64,000 nt of DNA from Octopus sinensis (Eukaryota): positions 49,848,001 to 49,912,000 of the forward strand of contig NC_043010.1 in the NCBI RefSeq assembly GCF_006345805.1, in the 5' to 3' direction. Below the pieces are notes generated by a model. It ran no database searches and was not told where the DNA came from. It saw only the letters and a program-made list of their open reading frames with translations. A program made the translations under genes and the position numbers. Each line of letters opens with the position of its first letter. Position 1 is the stretch's first letter. Of the stretch, positions 1 through 60,654 are shown piece by piece.

Positions 1-988
1 TCAGGGATGTTGTAATGTTTCATCGGTTAATTACTTACTTAGATTAAACTGTACTTTGTTTACTTCTTAAGTCCTTGGTGAGTGACTAACTCTAAAGGCA
101 AATAGAGATCACACTTTGTATAAATTTATATTAATTGTGACCTTTGCTTCATAGATTTACCTGTTCACATGAAACATTTCCTGATTATAGTTTTATAACT
201 TAACATCTCTCTACCATTACCTCAACAGAAGCGTTTTCTTAATTAATTTTGTAGCAATGTTTAAATTAGACATAAGACGCTTTTCTTATATGCTCTCATT
301 TCATGGTTTGGTATTATTTCGGTAGAAGACACTTATCCATGCTACCACACAGCAGTGTTGAACAGGAGACCACATGATTGCAAAGCAAACTTAACAGCAC
401 AGTTATCATTGCACCTGAAGTTTTAGTTTTTCAGTTTTTTTTCTAAGTTACAAATTGAGTGGCTTGTATTAAGATCTCTACCAGAGAATCGATGGTTAAA
501 TACTTGATTATATATATATATTCTTTATAAGTGAGGACACTAAACAGAACTGGCTCGTTAATGATGGTCTTCGTTGGCATGAATCAAATGTAAAATATAA
601 AACAGAAACAGAATAGCTGTATGTTGATGTACTAAAAAATTACTTTCTACTTCAGTTCACTGAACACCTGCATACACCTGTTTTTATTTCCATTTCTTTT
701 GTGTTTCTTTTATGAAGCATCAAGTATTAAATTGGTTACTCAATCTGGTTGTGATTATTCAACCACTACCAGATATCTAAAAGTAAGAGAAATTGGTTTC
801 GTAGTAAACTGATTTCTTTTGACTAAGCAGAATGATAATTTTTGCAGCAGAGGACATAGCCAATTTAACTAACTTCGGTGTATGTTTTATTGATCCTGAA
901 GGGATGAAAGGTAGTCAATGCAAATATGATGTGATCTGGGAATGTACTGAAACAAGACTAAATATTATAAGATATTTAGATTGATACC

Positions 989-1183
989 AAGGTGGTGAGC
1001 TGGCAGAATTGTTAGCACCTTGGGCAAAATGCCTAGTGGCATTTTATCGGTCTTTACATTCTGTGTTCAAATTCCACTGAGGTTGACTTTGCCTTTCATC
1101 CTTTCAGGGTCAATAAATTTAGTACCAGTGCAATTGACTAGTCCACCTCTCCTCAAATTTCAAGCCTTGTGCCTTTAATAGAA
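989..1183 (+). mobile_element. tRNA-headed SINE family A (Meta-like central domain) with a 19-bp target-site duplication
   Basis: Head ggtggtgagctggcagaa, B-box-like gttcaaattcc, core gactttgcctttcatcctttcaggg. Flanked by aagatatttag(a/c)ttgatac at 969-987 and 1184-1202. Confidence 0.85.
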
Positions 1184-1494
1184 AAGATATTTAGCTTGAT
1201 ACTCTCACATTGTTATCAACTTCCTATTAATTACAAACCAGTGATGCAGTCAGTCACCTTGCTTGAATAGTAACCAGAATTTTTCTCTAGTCATGCTTTC
1301 TTATCTTATATATATAAAAAAATACAAGACAGTATGCATTGGAGAATGTAATCTTAAATACACAGTTTCTGAAAATAACATGAGGTGTCATAATAGTGTT
1401 ACTCTTGATTATAAGGTTTACTGGACTAGGACTGACTAATGGTTAAACAACAATGGCTTACTAACCATTTGGGCCGACAAAAGAACCTTTACAA

Positions 1495-1835
1495 CAAGGA
1501 CGTGTCACCTAGGTAAGCAAGGTAGGCAGTGCCTACCTTGAATAAAATGGATCGATAGCAACATTTTCCTTTTATGGCAAAATATTAAAATTTTTTTGTT
1601 GATCAGGTAGGCATAATTTGTCCCTGTCTTTTAATCTCAGTATTTAAGCACACATAGTATTTCTGTAGTACACGTGCTGTGTACATTCCTACAACGTTTC
1701 CTTTCCATGCTGTAAAGACAGAAGTAAGTCTGCCTTTAACTCAGTGACATGGCTGCTTCACTTGTTTTTTGTGTGTTTTACTACATAAATATCACTAATT
1801 GCCTACCCTGAGTAATTACTGACAGCACGTGCCTG
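1495..1835. mobile_element. hAT-type MITE
   Basis: 8-bp TSD ctttacaa (1487-1494 and 1836-1843); TIRs CAAGGACGTG / CACGTGCCTG; repeated subterminal AGGTAGGCA motifs. Confidence 0.8.
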
Positions 1836-2315
1836 CTTTACAAAGTCTCTTGACTTGCTAGATATTGCAACCAAATCTCTGTTTGAAAAGAGGTTAGAGT
1901 GCTGAAATATCTTTGATCAGAGAGTCAAAGTTGACCTGGAGATAAATAATAACAATACCTTACTAATCATTTCTTTAGTAATAAGTTAACTATAATGTAT
2001 GAAGCTATTACACCATTCAATTGACCAATCAATAAAGGTGAACATTAAGCATACATTTGCTTGTAATATGAAGAACTTAAAATTAATTCAATGAACATAG
2101 ATGAACAACAACTCTTGAAATCAAATATGGATCATATAAAAGCTTTCATGTGCTCATTGATATGAAGAAATGCAGACCAGTTTTGAAGAAGAAAAAAACA
2201 TTTGACACTTAGCTAATGAACTATTTGGATAGTCAGGACTAAATAGATGGGTAGAAAGAATGATTTATGCATACATACATGTGTATGGTTGTTATATTTT
2301 AATTTGAATATTAAG

Positions 2316-2535
2316 AAAGGCGGCAAGCTGGCAAAATCATTAGGACGCCAGGCAAAATGCTTAGTGGTATTTCGTCTGCCATTCTCTGAAATTTCAGAGA
2401 AGGGGATAAGTCAGTTACATTGACTAGGGGATAAGTCAGTTACATTGACTACCAACTGGTAGTTATTTTATTGACCCCAAAAGGATAAAAAAAAAAATAG
2501 TCAACCTCTGTTGAATTTGAACTCAGAACAGCAAT
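2316..2535. mobile_element. Rearranged family A SINE (head on +, body on -)
   Basis: Head aaggcggcaagctggc on +; inverted body ends gaatttgaactcagaac; 25-bp tandem duplication at 2401-2450. Confidence 0.7.
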
Positions 2536-3669
2536 GATAACCATTCTATAGGCATGTTTACCCTTGATGTAAGTCTAGTGGAATCAGCCTGATGCAGTGT
2601 GATGAGGCCAGACCTTTTGAATTACTGGTACAATCTATCCAATTGTACCTGTTTCATAGTTTGACTCTGCATGACACCATAAGCAAGTGTCCTCTTTTGA
2701 TAGCCCTGGGCCAACTAATTTTTTGTCAATGAATTTAGTAAATGGCCACTATATAGAAGCCTTTAATGTGTGTACATACATATACAAATATTAGCATTCT
2801 GTGGCATTGTCCTGTCACCAGCTGAGCAAATCAGTGATATGCTGTTTGCATTCCTTGTTGATATTATGACCAGTTGCTTTATGCTTTTGAAGGCTTGTGG
2901 AATAAGGAAAATAAATCCCTTAATGAGAATAAAACAGATAAGGGTTGACAATAAGTAAAGCATACAACTATAATATCTTGTCTCGGATAAGTCTCCGTCC
3001 AGGTAGCGCAGAAAAATGGACATTGAATGAATGAATGAATGAATGGATATGTATGTGCCCTCTTTTTATGGACAGACACAAGATATGTAATCAGTTGCTT
3101 CAACTATAAAAAAAGAAAGAAACGAAAGGAAAAAGAAACTTTAAATCAGATTATCAGATAACTTCAAATGTTGACACACACACACACACACAAAGAAAAA
3201 GAGAAATTACTGACAATCTGTTTCACAAAAGATAACAGAAGTGTCTAGTGTACCAAACTTGCGGAATGTCTAATGAATGTAACTTAGCCAACATAATCTT
3301 GCAGTTAGCTGGCTTCTCAAATACAAATAGAAAGCTACTTAATTATCATCCATTTGATCGAGGAGAAGGGGTGGGGGTGGGGGAGAAGACAGAAGAGATA
3401 TATATAAAAAAAAAAAAAGAAAGAACTGATCAAAAAAGACTGATTAAAAGTGTACTTAGAATGGACAGTTAAAGATAATGGTTTCATTGTTATTGATGCA
3501 AAGTTAAGCTTAATCTAATGGGAAAGTGTTGTAAATACCGACTAGTTATTTCGTAACTAACCATCTAAGCCATCATAGATTACCGATGGCTAATCCACGT
3601 TTATCTTCATGAATTTGCTTTTTTTAAAAAAAACTTTTTTTATCTATTTATGTGGTTGTTGTCGATACT

Positions 3670-4735
3670 ATTATTATTATCTACATGCTAAGTTAGTGAA
3701 GTCCCTAATGTGTCAGACAAAATGCTTAATGACATTTTGTTCTGGCTTTTTATATTCTGAGTTTGAATTCTGTCAAGATGGACTTTGCTTTTTATCCTTT
3801 CGGAATTGATAAAATAAGTACCAGCTGAGCGTTGGGGTCAGTATAATTAACTACTCCCTCCCCACCAGATTTCAAGCTTTGTACTAGAATTATTAACAAA
3901 GATGGCAAGCTAGCAGGATCATTAGCATGTCAGACAAAATACTTAGCAACATTTCTCCATGCATGGTGTTCTGCATTCAAATGCCACTGAGGCCAACTTG
4001 CCTGCCATCCTTTTGGAAGGAAGATAAAATAAATACCAGTTGCATATTGGGGTCAATCTTATCAACTGGCCCCGTCCCCCAAAATTTCAGGCTTTGTGCT
4101 TATAATAGAAAAGATTATTATTATTAAGGCAGCGAGCTGGCAGAATCATTAGCACACTGGACGAAATGCTTAGTGGTATTTCGCCCATATCTACGTTCTG
4201 AGTTCAAATTCTGCTGCAGTCAACTTTGCCTTTCATCCTTTCAGGATCGATAAAATACGTACCAGTTGAACACTGAGGTCAATGTAATCAACTCATCCCC
4301 ACCTCCCAAAATTGCTGCCTTTGTGGCAAATTTGAAACCATTATTGTTGTTGTTATTCTGCTGAGGTCCTCTCGGGGCCAATAAATAAATACTAGTTGTA
4401 CACTGGGGTTGATGTAATTGATTTATCTCCTTCCCAAAATTGCTGTCCTTGTGCCAAAATTTGAAATGTTTATCATCATTATTTTTATTATTATTATCAT
4501 CGTGGTGGTGGTGGTGAGCTGGCAGAATTGTTAGCACATTAGGTAAAAATGCTTAGTGGCATTTCGTCCATATTTATGTTCTGAATTCAAATTCCACAGA
4601 GATCAACTTTGCCTTTGGGGGTTGATAAAATAAGTACCAGCTGAGCACTGGGGTCAATTGAATTGACTTGCCCCCCTCCTCCCATCAAATTTCTGACCTT
4701 GTGCCATAGTTTGAAATCTATATTATTATCATTAT
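3670..4735 (+). mobile_element. Head-to-tail cluster of about 5 family A SINEs
   Basis: Repeated gagctggcagaa heads (e.g. 3903, 4127, 4512), tttgcctttcatcc cores and (ATT)n tails. Confidence 0.85.
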
Positions 4736-4801
4736 TTGTAATAGATATTATTTCCACCAGAACTATCATATATGGGGATCTGCTTTTAACCTGTTTTAAT
4801 A

Positions 4802-5299
4802 TCTTTATATATAAAACTCTAGTTGTGTGAGTGTCTGTCCCCTTCGATTTAGATTCCTAACTCTTCCCACATTTTGCGGTGCAGTTTAACCAAATTCGGG
4901 TATCTTATAGTCGTGATTCATATCGAGCCCGTCTGACTATTAGCGCGCGTCAACGATTTTAAAAATAATTTAACATCATTTTTTATTCCATTTTAATGCA
5001 TAAAATGCATCGTGTGTCGATGGCGGCGGAGTTGGCGTCCATGGTCACACCTGCACCTGTTTGCTTCTCCCCCTTCTCCCCTCCCTCGTGAAGCTGTGGG
5101 GAAGGGAGTGTAAAGAAATCAACGTCGTAATGCGTTGTGAAGGAAACCAGCGTTCTTTTAGAACAACGACTTCATGGCTTGAAGACACCAAAACAAAAAT
5201 GGCTAAGAAAGCCCGAATTTATAAGGGAAGTAACTCTCTAAAAATGCTTATATAGTTATTTCCCTTACAAACCCGAGCAACGCCGGGCGATACTGCTAG
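4802..5299 (+). mobile_element. Non-autonomous Helitron
   Basis: A|TC 5' end (tctttatatataaaa), 3' hairpin cccgagcaacgccggg, CTAG|T end, no TSD. Confidence 0.85.
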
Positions 5300-7117
5300 T
5301 TATTTATAAGAACAAAATTGCCTATGGATGGATGAATTGTCATTCTAATAGATGTTAAATTGGGTGTTAAAATTCTACTGCTGATATTTTGAAGAACACA
5401 TGCAGATTCCACAGAGTAATCTAAAATTAACACCAGTGTTGTTGTTGTTGATGCCTAAGTCATATTTATTGGCTAATAGGTCTTTTTGCATATTACCCAA
5501 TGTGTTCAGTAGTTGGGTAGGGTGTGCTTTAAAGAAATTTGACTGGTTTTTTTCTAGCATGCCAAACAACCATGTAAAAGAATTCCTCATTATTCAGTAG
5601 ATTTATCTGTAATCTGTTTTCTATCACAGAAACAGAAAAATAAACAGAAATTCTATGAATTGCTGAGATGTTAGCTTAAATATTGTTTATAACCAATTTG
5701 GAAAATAAATACTTGCCATGAATGATGTATTTCTCATCAATTTGGGTTTTCCAAAGATAATTATATCAAATTTGCATCAATATGTTTAAGTTTATAGTGA
5801 TACAGAAGTGTTTGATATAAGTTTATATTGTTTACCTGAAAAATTCTATCTTGTTCAACAGTTACATTATATTGTAACACATAAGCAGTTTCTTTTTCCT
5901 TGAAAATTTCTTTAAGCATTTTCTTGCAAAACCAAATAGAGATTTGTTGTTGCTTGTTCTATAAAATGACTCGTCCACAAGCTTCTTGATATTCATATCA
6001 CAAATCTTGTGATTAAAGTTTCAAGAAAAAAGGTTATTTGGTATTTGTAGTGCTGTTTAGTGTCATTTAATCACTACCTGTAGAGAAATTGTTAAAAACC
6101 TGTTTTACTCAAAGCTGACTGAACCAGAGGTAGTTACAACTGAGATGGTATGAACTCATTGGTGTAAACGATTTGTAACTTTTTGTTCACAGCTACTGAC
6201 TGGCCAGGTAGAGTAGCTCTACTCTGATATGCAAGGAAAATATTTCCTCTTAGAGCTTGTATATTATTTCTGTGTAAATATGAGATCTACATATGAAAAC
6301 TCAAACATGCACTAAGATGGTGGTGGTGGTGGAAGCTGCAATGGTGGGGAGGTCCATTAGATGAATGTATGCAACAGCTAATATTTTAGCTGGCTCAGGC
6401 CTTCAGTATTGTTCAGAAGAGTTCACCACATCATTAACCCTTTTAACAAGCATTTGTCAGCTCGTTGAGAGTACATCTGTGTAGTTACAGACTGAAACAT
6501 TCTTGACTGTGTGGGGCAGTGTCAGAGAAAGATAATATTTCTTCTGCAGCAATCTTTACTGTGTTTAGACTGTGAATACCCGGCTAAAAATATTACATAT
6601 AACAAGTGTCTGAGAAACTATTTCACTAAAGTATGTCGTTCCTCTGACAGTGCCTCAGTATGTGTCGCTTCTTTGTGTACGTCTATTCCAAGTTTCGCTA
6701 TGAAAGTAGTTTTCAGTTGAAGTGGTTATTTCATGAATGTTATAAAAAACTTCATCAGTTTCTTGTATTTGTCTTGTGTTTTATGGGCTCGGTCTATCTC
6801 ATTGTTTTTCTTTTTAAGTGTTTCATTTTTTTTTTTTTTGTTCCTTCATTTTGACCTCTCTCTTTCCCCACTAGTTTTAAGTTACACACAAGATATAACT
6901 AATGCCATTAGCTAAAGACATACATGCTCACTGAAAAGAATGTGGATCCTCTTAGTATATTTGTGGTCTGTAATTTTACAGAAAACCTTATTAAAGTACT
7001 AACTTCCTTTCTCTCTGGAGCTAGTTAGATAAGTATCAAGCATATATTACTATCAGTACAGTGGACAGTACTAACTCCCCATTTTCATCTCCTTTTCTGT
7101 CCTTGTGCCACCATTAG

Positions 7118-7216
7118 AAACCAGTTCTACCACTCTCCTCAAACACAATGCAATATCAAATGGTGGAGTTAAATCTCCTTCAAATCACACCACACTAGAT
7201 TACCTTACTGAAAAGG
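7118..7216 (+). CDS. Candidate upstream coding exon (ETSSTTLLKH...DYLTEK) with a GC donor
   Basis: Pyrimidine tract plus TTAG acceptor at 7114-7117 (phase 1). Open in the same frame as the 7355 exon. The only phase-compatible donor seen is AAGG|GCAGGA. Confidence 0.5.
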
Positions 7217-7354
7217 GCAGGATTGTCTTTATTCAATCAGTTCTAATTTGGGAGCTGAACAACCACTGTGCATGCCATTTATTTATTGTTTTTTTAACCC
7301 CCTTTTTCAGAATTCTTTATCTATATCTCAATTTCACTTTTCTTTGTTTAACAG

Positions 7355-55478
<48,124 letters not shown>

Positions 55479-57900
55479 AATCCTCTTAAGTAGAGCTGTA
55501 TACATCTTGCTACTTGTTTCTGGCTGGTTTTGTAAACAATGACCAAGACTGGCTGGACAGAAAAACTCTGATAAACCTGCCAGCCAGCCATACCAAGTGA
55601 CATCCCACCTACACTGCCAAAGTCACTCCTGGCACCTTTTTTTTTTTATCTGTTATTGCATTGTTATTAAAAGCCGTCTTTGTCCTTGTCAATCCTGCTA
55701 ACTCTACTACATCCTACTTTGTGTTGTCAACTTAATGGTTGCAAGAAGTCTTTCAATTTTGAATTTGGATCCCTGGACAAAACATCAAGTTGCATGCTTT
55801 GCATAAATTGTGATACCTCTACATTCATGCAGCTACTGATATTTCACAAATATTTGATTTCCTAACAGCAAAACTAGAAATTAATCAAGGATGAGGCCAG
55901 ATGGTGTGCAAGATAATAAAGCAAAAATTGGATTTTATCTTCTTTTTTTTTTTTTTTTTTCTCCTGAAAATTCATTTCCTGGCTGTGGAAACGTAAGAAG
56001 TTAAGCATCATTGAGTGTATCGAATTATTTTTGCCAATGTCAAAACTGTAGAGGACCTTGGAGCAGTTACCTATTGTCAGCTATGTTTGATACAACAGGC
56101 ACTCAAGAATGGCAGTGCTTGTGCTGGCCACACTTTCTGCGATCTCATCTTCATGGCATTGAAGGAAAATTCATTGAACTACTATCCACCCTCTTGATTA
56201 TTTACCAAAGATAACCTCTATTTCTTTCAAAGTCATCTGATCTCTAGTAATATAATTTACTGAGGGTTTATTTACCATTTTAATCTAACAAAATAAATGA
56301 ATTCCTTACATTCAGTGATATTGGTTGGCTGTGCTTAAAAAGTCCATCACAGCCCTGTGTGAGCAGCCAGAGTTGACAGTTGTAAATTGACATGCACTCT
56401 TATCAGACATTTCAACAGAAAATATCTGTTAACTGTCTCAATCATTACGACCTATGCCACCATCATAAAACAAAAAAAAAATAATAATAATTAAAAATAT
56501 ATAATTAAAAACCCAAACCTTTGTAAAAGTTGTTTAGAGCATGATGGGGCCGTTCATTCATCACCCCTAGCTGTCTGTCATTTATTTCATTGTCATTAAT
56601 AAAACTGGTTGTTACTATTGATTCCAGTTCCTTTTTGTGTTGCCATCATTGTGATGAGGGCAGCATTTCACATAATGAAGCAGGGAAAAATTTGGGGCAG
56701 GGAAAGTAAACTGCTTATCTTTGTTTTTTTTCCCTTGATACTCTCATTGGTTGTATTCTATCAGATCCTCTTTGAAGGCAACACTTGAACTCGGACTGCT
56801 TTCATGTTTGGTCAGTGCAGGTCAGTAGTGCATTAGACCCATTGAGTAATGTCCTCATTGTTACACCCACACCCCTCCAGACACATACTGCCACATGAAC
56901 TAGGCACATTTTCACCTAACAAAAAACTACATTGAACTTTTCCTCTTTTTGATTCATTGTTTTGACAGCAACCAAGAAGGATGGCCGGTATTCTAGCCTT
57001 TTGTAAAACTATAGAAATATTTTTATATCAAATGTCGCATATGTCACAGTGTTCAAGTGACTGAAATGTTATCACATATGGCTAGAATCCTAGAAAGAAC
57101 TTGTTCAACCATTCTTAAAAATAAATTCACTGATTTAAAAGTTTGTGTTAAATTTTTACTTTCTTTGTACATTTCCCCTGTTAGAAGCTGCAATTTCTTG
57201 TAATTAAACATTGGTGTCTCTATACACCAGCCACTTTGAATAACAATGGGCTGTTTATTCAAAATCTGAACTGTTCTTTTTTCTCCTATCTTCAAAGATG
57301 AAATAGGATCCCGTCCCTCTAAAAAGTTGTTCTATGCCAATATGTATTACATGGTTTTGAATTGTAGAATTTTTATAGAAATTTTTAAAGCAGGGTTTTA
57401 GTCTAAAGTGTGGTGTTCATTAATTTGTATCTACAAACATAGCATAATGCCACAATTTAAGCAGTATGCCACTGTACCTCAATTTTTCTCCGTTTACATT
57501 TTTAATTCCTATGCAACTAGCATTACCTAACAGTCCTACACTTTTGATTGTGTCAAATAATGCTTTAAGGTTTAAGTTGGATAAAGTACAATAAGCCTAT
57601 GGTTAAAATATTGATCTCTTCAGAAAGTTCAGCTTTTGTGTTGCTTACATATTGTTTATATACTTTTTTTCTTCCATGAGTAAGGTCTTTGGTATAATTA
57701 TCTTTTACCATTCTTCAGTGTTGCACTTGTGGATATATTTTAATTGGTGGCACTATTATCTGTCATCCAATTTCAGTAAGTTGGGAATCTGTGTCACACG
57801 AGCAGTACCAAAACTGCCACCACCCATATTTAGGTAAAAACTTGCATTGAAATGATCAGTCATAAAACAGGGCCAAGGTAACAAACTACATTCATAGTTG
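55479..57900 (+). other. Probable 3' UTR (end uncertain)
   Basis: Stretch after the stop free of the recognisable SINE families; AATAAA at 55915, 56292, 56598 and 57120. Confidence 0.45.
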
Positions 57901-59239
57901 TATTTGTCTGAGCAAATCTGATTGGCTTTTGGTAATTAAAAACCTCTCAGTCACACTTGAAGCTGACAAAGTAATAACAAAAGCAAAACTATTTTAAGTA
58001 ATGTAATTAAATCAGGTTTATATTTTTCTCAGCACAGACACATCATCCAGGTTCTTATTTCACTTGCAACTTGCCCCTGATTGTAAGAACTTCCTCAACC
58101 CCTGCTCTTAGCAGTTAGATTAATAAGCCAGATATAGCAATCAAATCGCCATCAAATTTTACATTTTCATTAAAAAGAATTATGCATTGTATAATAACAA
58201 CCATGTGTCTGGAATTAATAATTTGTTCATCATAACAAAAATGGGTCTAAATAGCCTAACCTTTTCAATAGTCATCAGCTGAAAGATTTTAGAACCCACC
58301 CAAAGGTCTTAACAAATTGATTCTCTTAAGCTAAAAACCCGGTCCCTTCTCTGCCCATGTCTTTTTTTTTTTGGTGTTCAAATTGGACATTTGCCACATT
58401 GATCTGGGATGACCTGCAAAGATCACTGACACTTTCCAGGACTATATTTTTTATAAAATTTGCTTATGGTTTTTTTTTTATTTATTCACTTTTTGGAAGG
58501 GTCTGTGACCTGTATATTTTACCAAATCTGAGATTGATCTGTTACTTAAAACCATCACAAATCAACAGCTATCAGAGAGTAAGGGTAAAATCAAGAAGGG
58601 CTGAATGGGATATGATGGAATACAATGAGTGATGAGTGCCTCAACACAAGTGGTGAGCCAGTCTAGTCTCTTAAGGGTGTATTTAAATAATGGGCAGAAT
58701 GGAATTTGCATGTGCAGATAGCACTTTTGAGTCGTGTGTATAACCTGGACAGCAGACTAGGTAGATACGATAGGCCATTCTAGAAAAATAAGCGAGCAGT
58801 GCATCTGGACCAGAGCTTTGTGTTTGACTTCGTGCCAAACATCCAAGTGGCCTCTCCTCAAATGTTTGTGTAACATGTAGGGGTGATATTTTATTACATT
58901 GTGGATCGTAACAACCTGAGGTTTACTAATAAGTTGTTTTATATTTTTAACTTCCGAACAGCAAAACCTGATATGTGTGTTCGTAAAGAGGACAACTATG
59001 AGTTGTGGAGGGACATGCCTGAAAGTGGTTTCATTTTTGCCTTTAACTCGATAAACAGAGTTATTAGTGTTTAACTTCGTAAATACACCAAATTTGAAAA
59101 ATTTAAATAAACTTTGAAATTTCCACAGCTGCAACCAAAGCATGTAACCAAAAAATGTAATGTCACCCTTCACAAGACTCTAACAGTAAAAACAGTGAAA
59201 TGTTTTGCAATCATATGTTCCAAATTGCAATTTGAAGTA

Positions 59240-59530
59240 GAAGCCCATTTTATTGGAAGGAGATTGTGTGTGATGTATTGTTGGTTATGGCGACACATAA
59301 GACATGTTGCCTGGAAGCATGTAACAACTTTACTAATGGAGTAGCCAGCAATATACAACGCTATACAGGAGTTACTGAGACAACCTGGGCCATATCTTAA
59401 GAGAAACAGACGAGGCAAACTTTTCTTGAACAAGGGGACAACGACTCTAAGATATTCGCATCTTCCAGATGAATTTTGAATTAGAAAGACAAACTTTTAG
59501 TCAGTGCCTTTATGATAGAAAATTTGTTTT
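59240..59530 (+). mobile_element. Possible decayed Tc1-like transposase fragment
   Basis: Frameshifted pieces RY/QELLRQ, FLEQGDNDSK (compare FQQDNDPKH) and IENL (compare SPDLNPIENLW), in the expected order. Confidence 0.3.
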
Positions 59531-59696
59531 GAAAACGTGATTTTTTTCCGTTTGTGGATTAGTGAATGAAAAACATGCTGGGTACAGCTGAAATTGTTCA
59601 ATGGGAAGTGACTAAGGCCATCCCAGAACGAATTTTTTTTTTTTTTTTTTTACCATCAAACTAACAAAGCAGATTTATGATCAACAGTATTACATA

Positions 59697-59886
59697 TTTC
59701 TTTACTACCCACAGGGGACAGACAAAGGATTTAGTCGATTGCATCGGCCCCAGTGTGCAACTGGTACTTAATTTATCGACCCCGAAAGGATGAAAGGCAA
59801 AGTCGACCTCGGCGGAATTTGAACTCAGAACGTAACGGCAGGCGAAATACGGCTTCGCATTTCGCCCGGCGTGCTACCGTTTCTGC
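59697..59886 (-). mobile_element. SINE family A, CpG-intact
   Basis: ttatcgaccccgaaaggatgaaaggcaaagtcgacctcggcggaatttgaactcagaacg. Confidence 0.85.
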
Positions 59887-59993
59887 TCAACAGTATTATA
59901 GCCATGAGTTTAGTGAACTCTTTTTCTGGGCGCAATTCAGTCATATCAGACCTTCAAGTATCATCGAAATCAACCGCTATATTATCATCATTA

Positions 59994-60369
59994 TCTCTTC
60001 TCTCTCTATATAAACGGCAGTTTGTCTGTGCGTGTTTCTGTGTGTCTGTTTGCTTGTACCCTCACCCTGACCATGGCTTTCAACCGATTCTGATGAAACT
60101 TGACACACACATAGCCCAATGTTATAATTCAAAACTAACGCAGCGAAAATTTTGAAAAGTTCCCCCAGTTCTGAAAAAATCGATAAATTCGACATGGGGT
60201 CGAGAATCAGAAACACGAACCACAAACTGTCTAGGGGACGCAACTCCACCTTTTTTAAATCTCAAAAAAAAAATTACCATTTTTTTGCTATTTTTTGGCT
60301 ATCACTCTCTAAAAATGCTTTATAGTTATTTCCCTTACAAACCTGAGCAACGCCGGGCGATACTGCTAG
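59994..60369 (+). mobile_element. Non-autonomous Helitron
   Basis: A|TC start, (GTCT/GTGT)n near the 5' end, 3' about 65 bp nearly identical to the 4802-5299 element, CTAG|T end. Confidence 0.8.
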
Positions 60370-60654
60370 TTTAAAATATTGCTGGTTCTAGAGGAAGTGA
60401 CTGTGTTCGTGACCTTTGTTGGTCCTCTTATACCAATGAAATTGATGCCATTAGTGTTCTTCTTGAACCATTGTGAACCCACACCTGCATGAAAGATATG
60501 AACAGGGTCAACGTTCTGAAAAGGAAAGGCCAGGGGGCTAGGTTGGAGTTGAACGCAACGAGGATGATTAAAGTCGGGGAGACGAATGGGTGTGTAATAC
60601 GTGAGATGAAGTCGCGTGAGCAGAGCAATTTCCAAAAAGCTGAGAGCATTATAA

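Noticed and set aside
3670-4735. Regularly spaced repeats resembling a CRISPR array
   Set aside because: Units are about 200-bp diverged SINEs without unique spacers; no cas genes; eukaryotic intron context.
6084-6147. Possible exon EIVKNLFYSKLTEPEVVTTEM
   Set aside because: It ends in phase 0, which does not fit the phase-1 acceptors downstream; no recognisable homology.
7105-7117. Start of the 752-aa ORF as the gene start
   Set aside because: The codon is GTG inside a polypyrimidine acceptor tract; the gene is spliced and begins further upstream.
58757-59173. 138-aa minus-strand ORF
   Set aside because: No recognisable domain or splice structure; adjacent to probable decayed transposon sequence.
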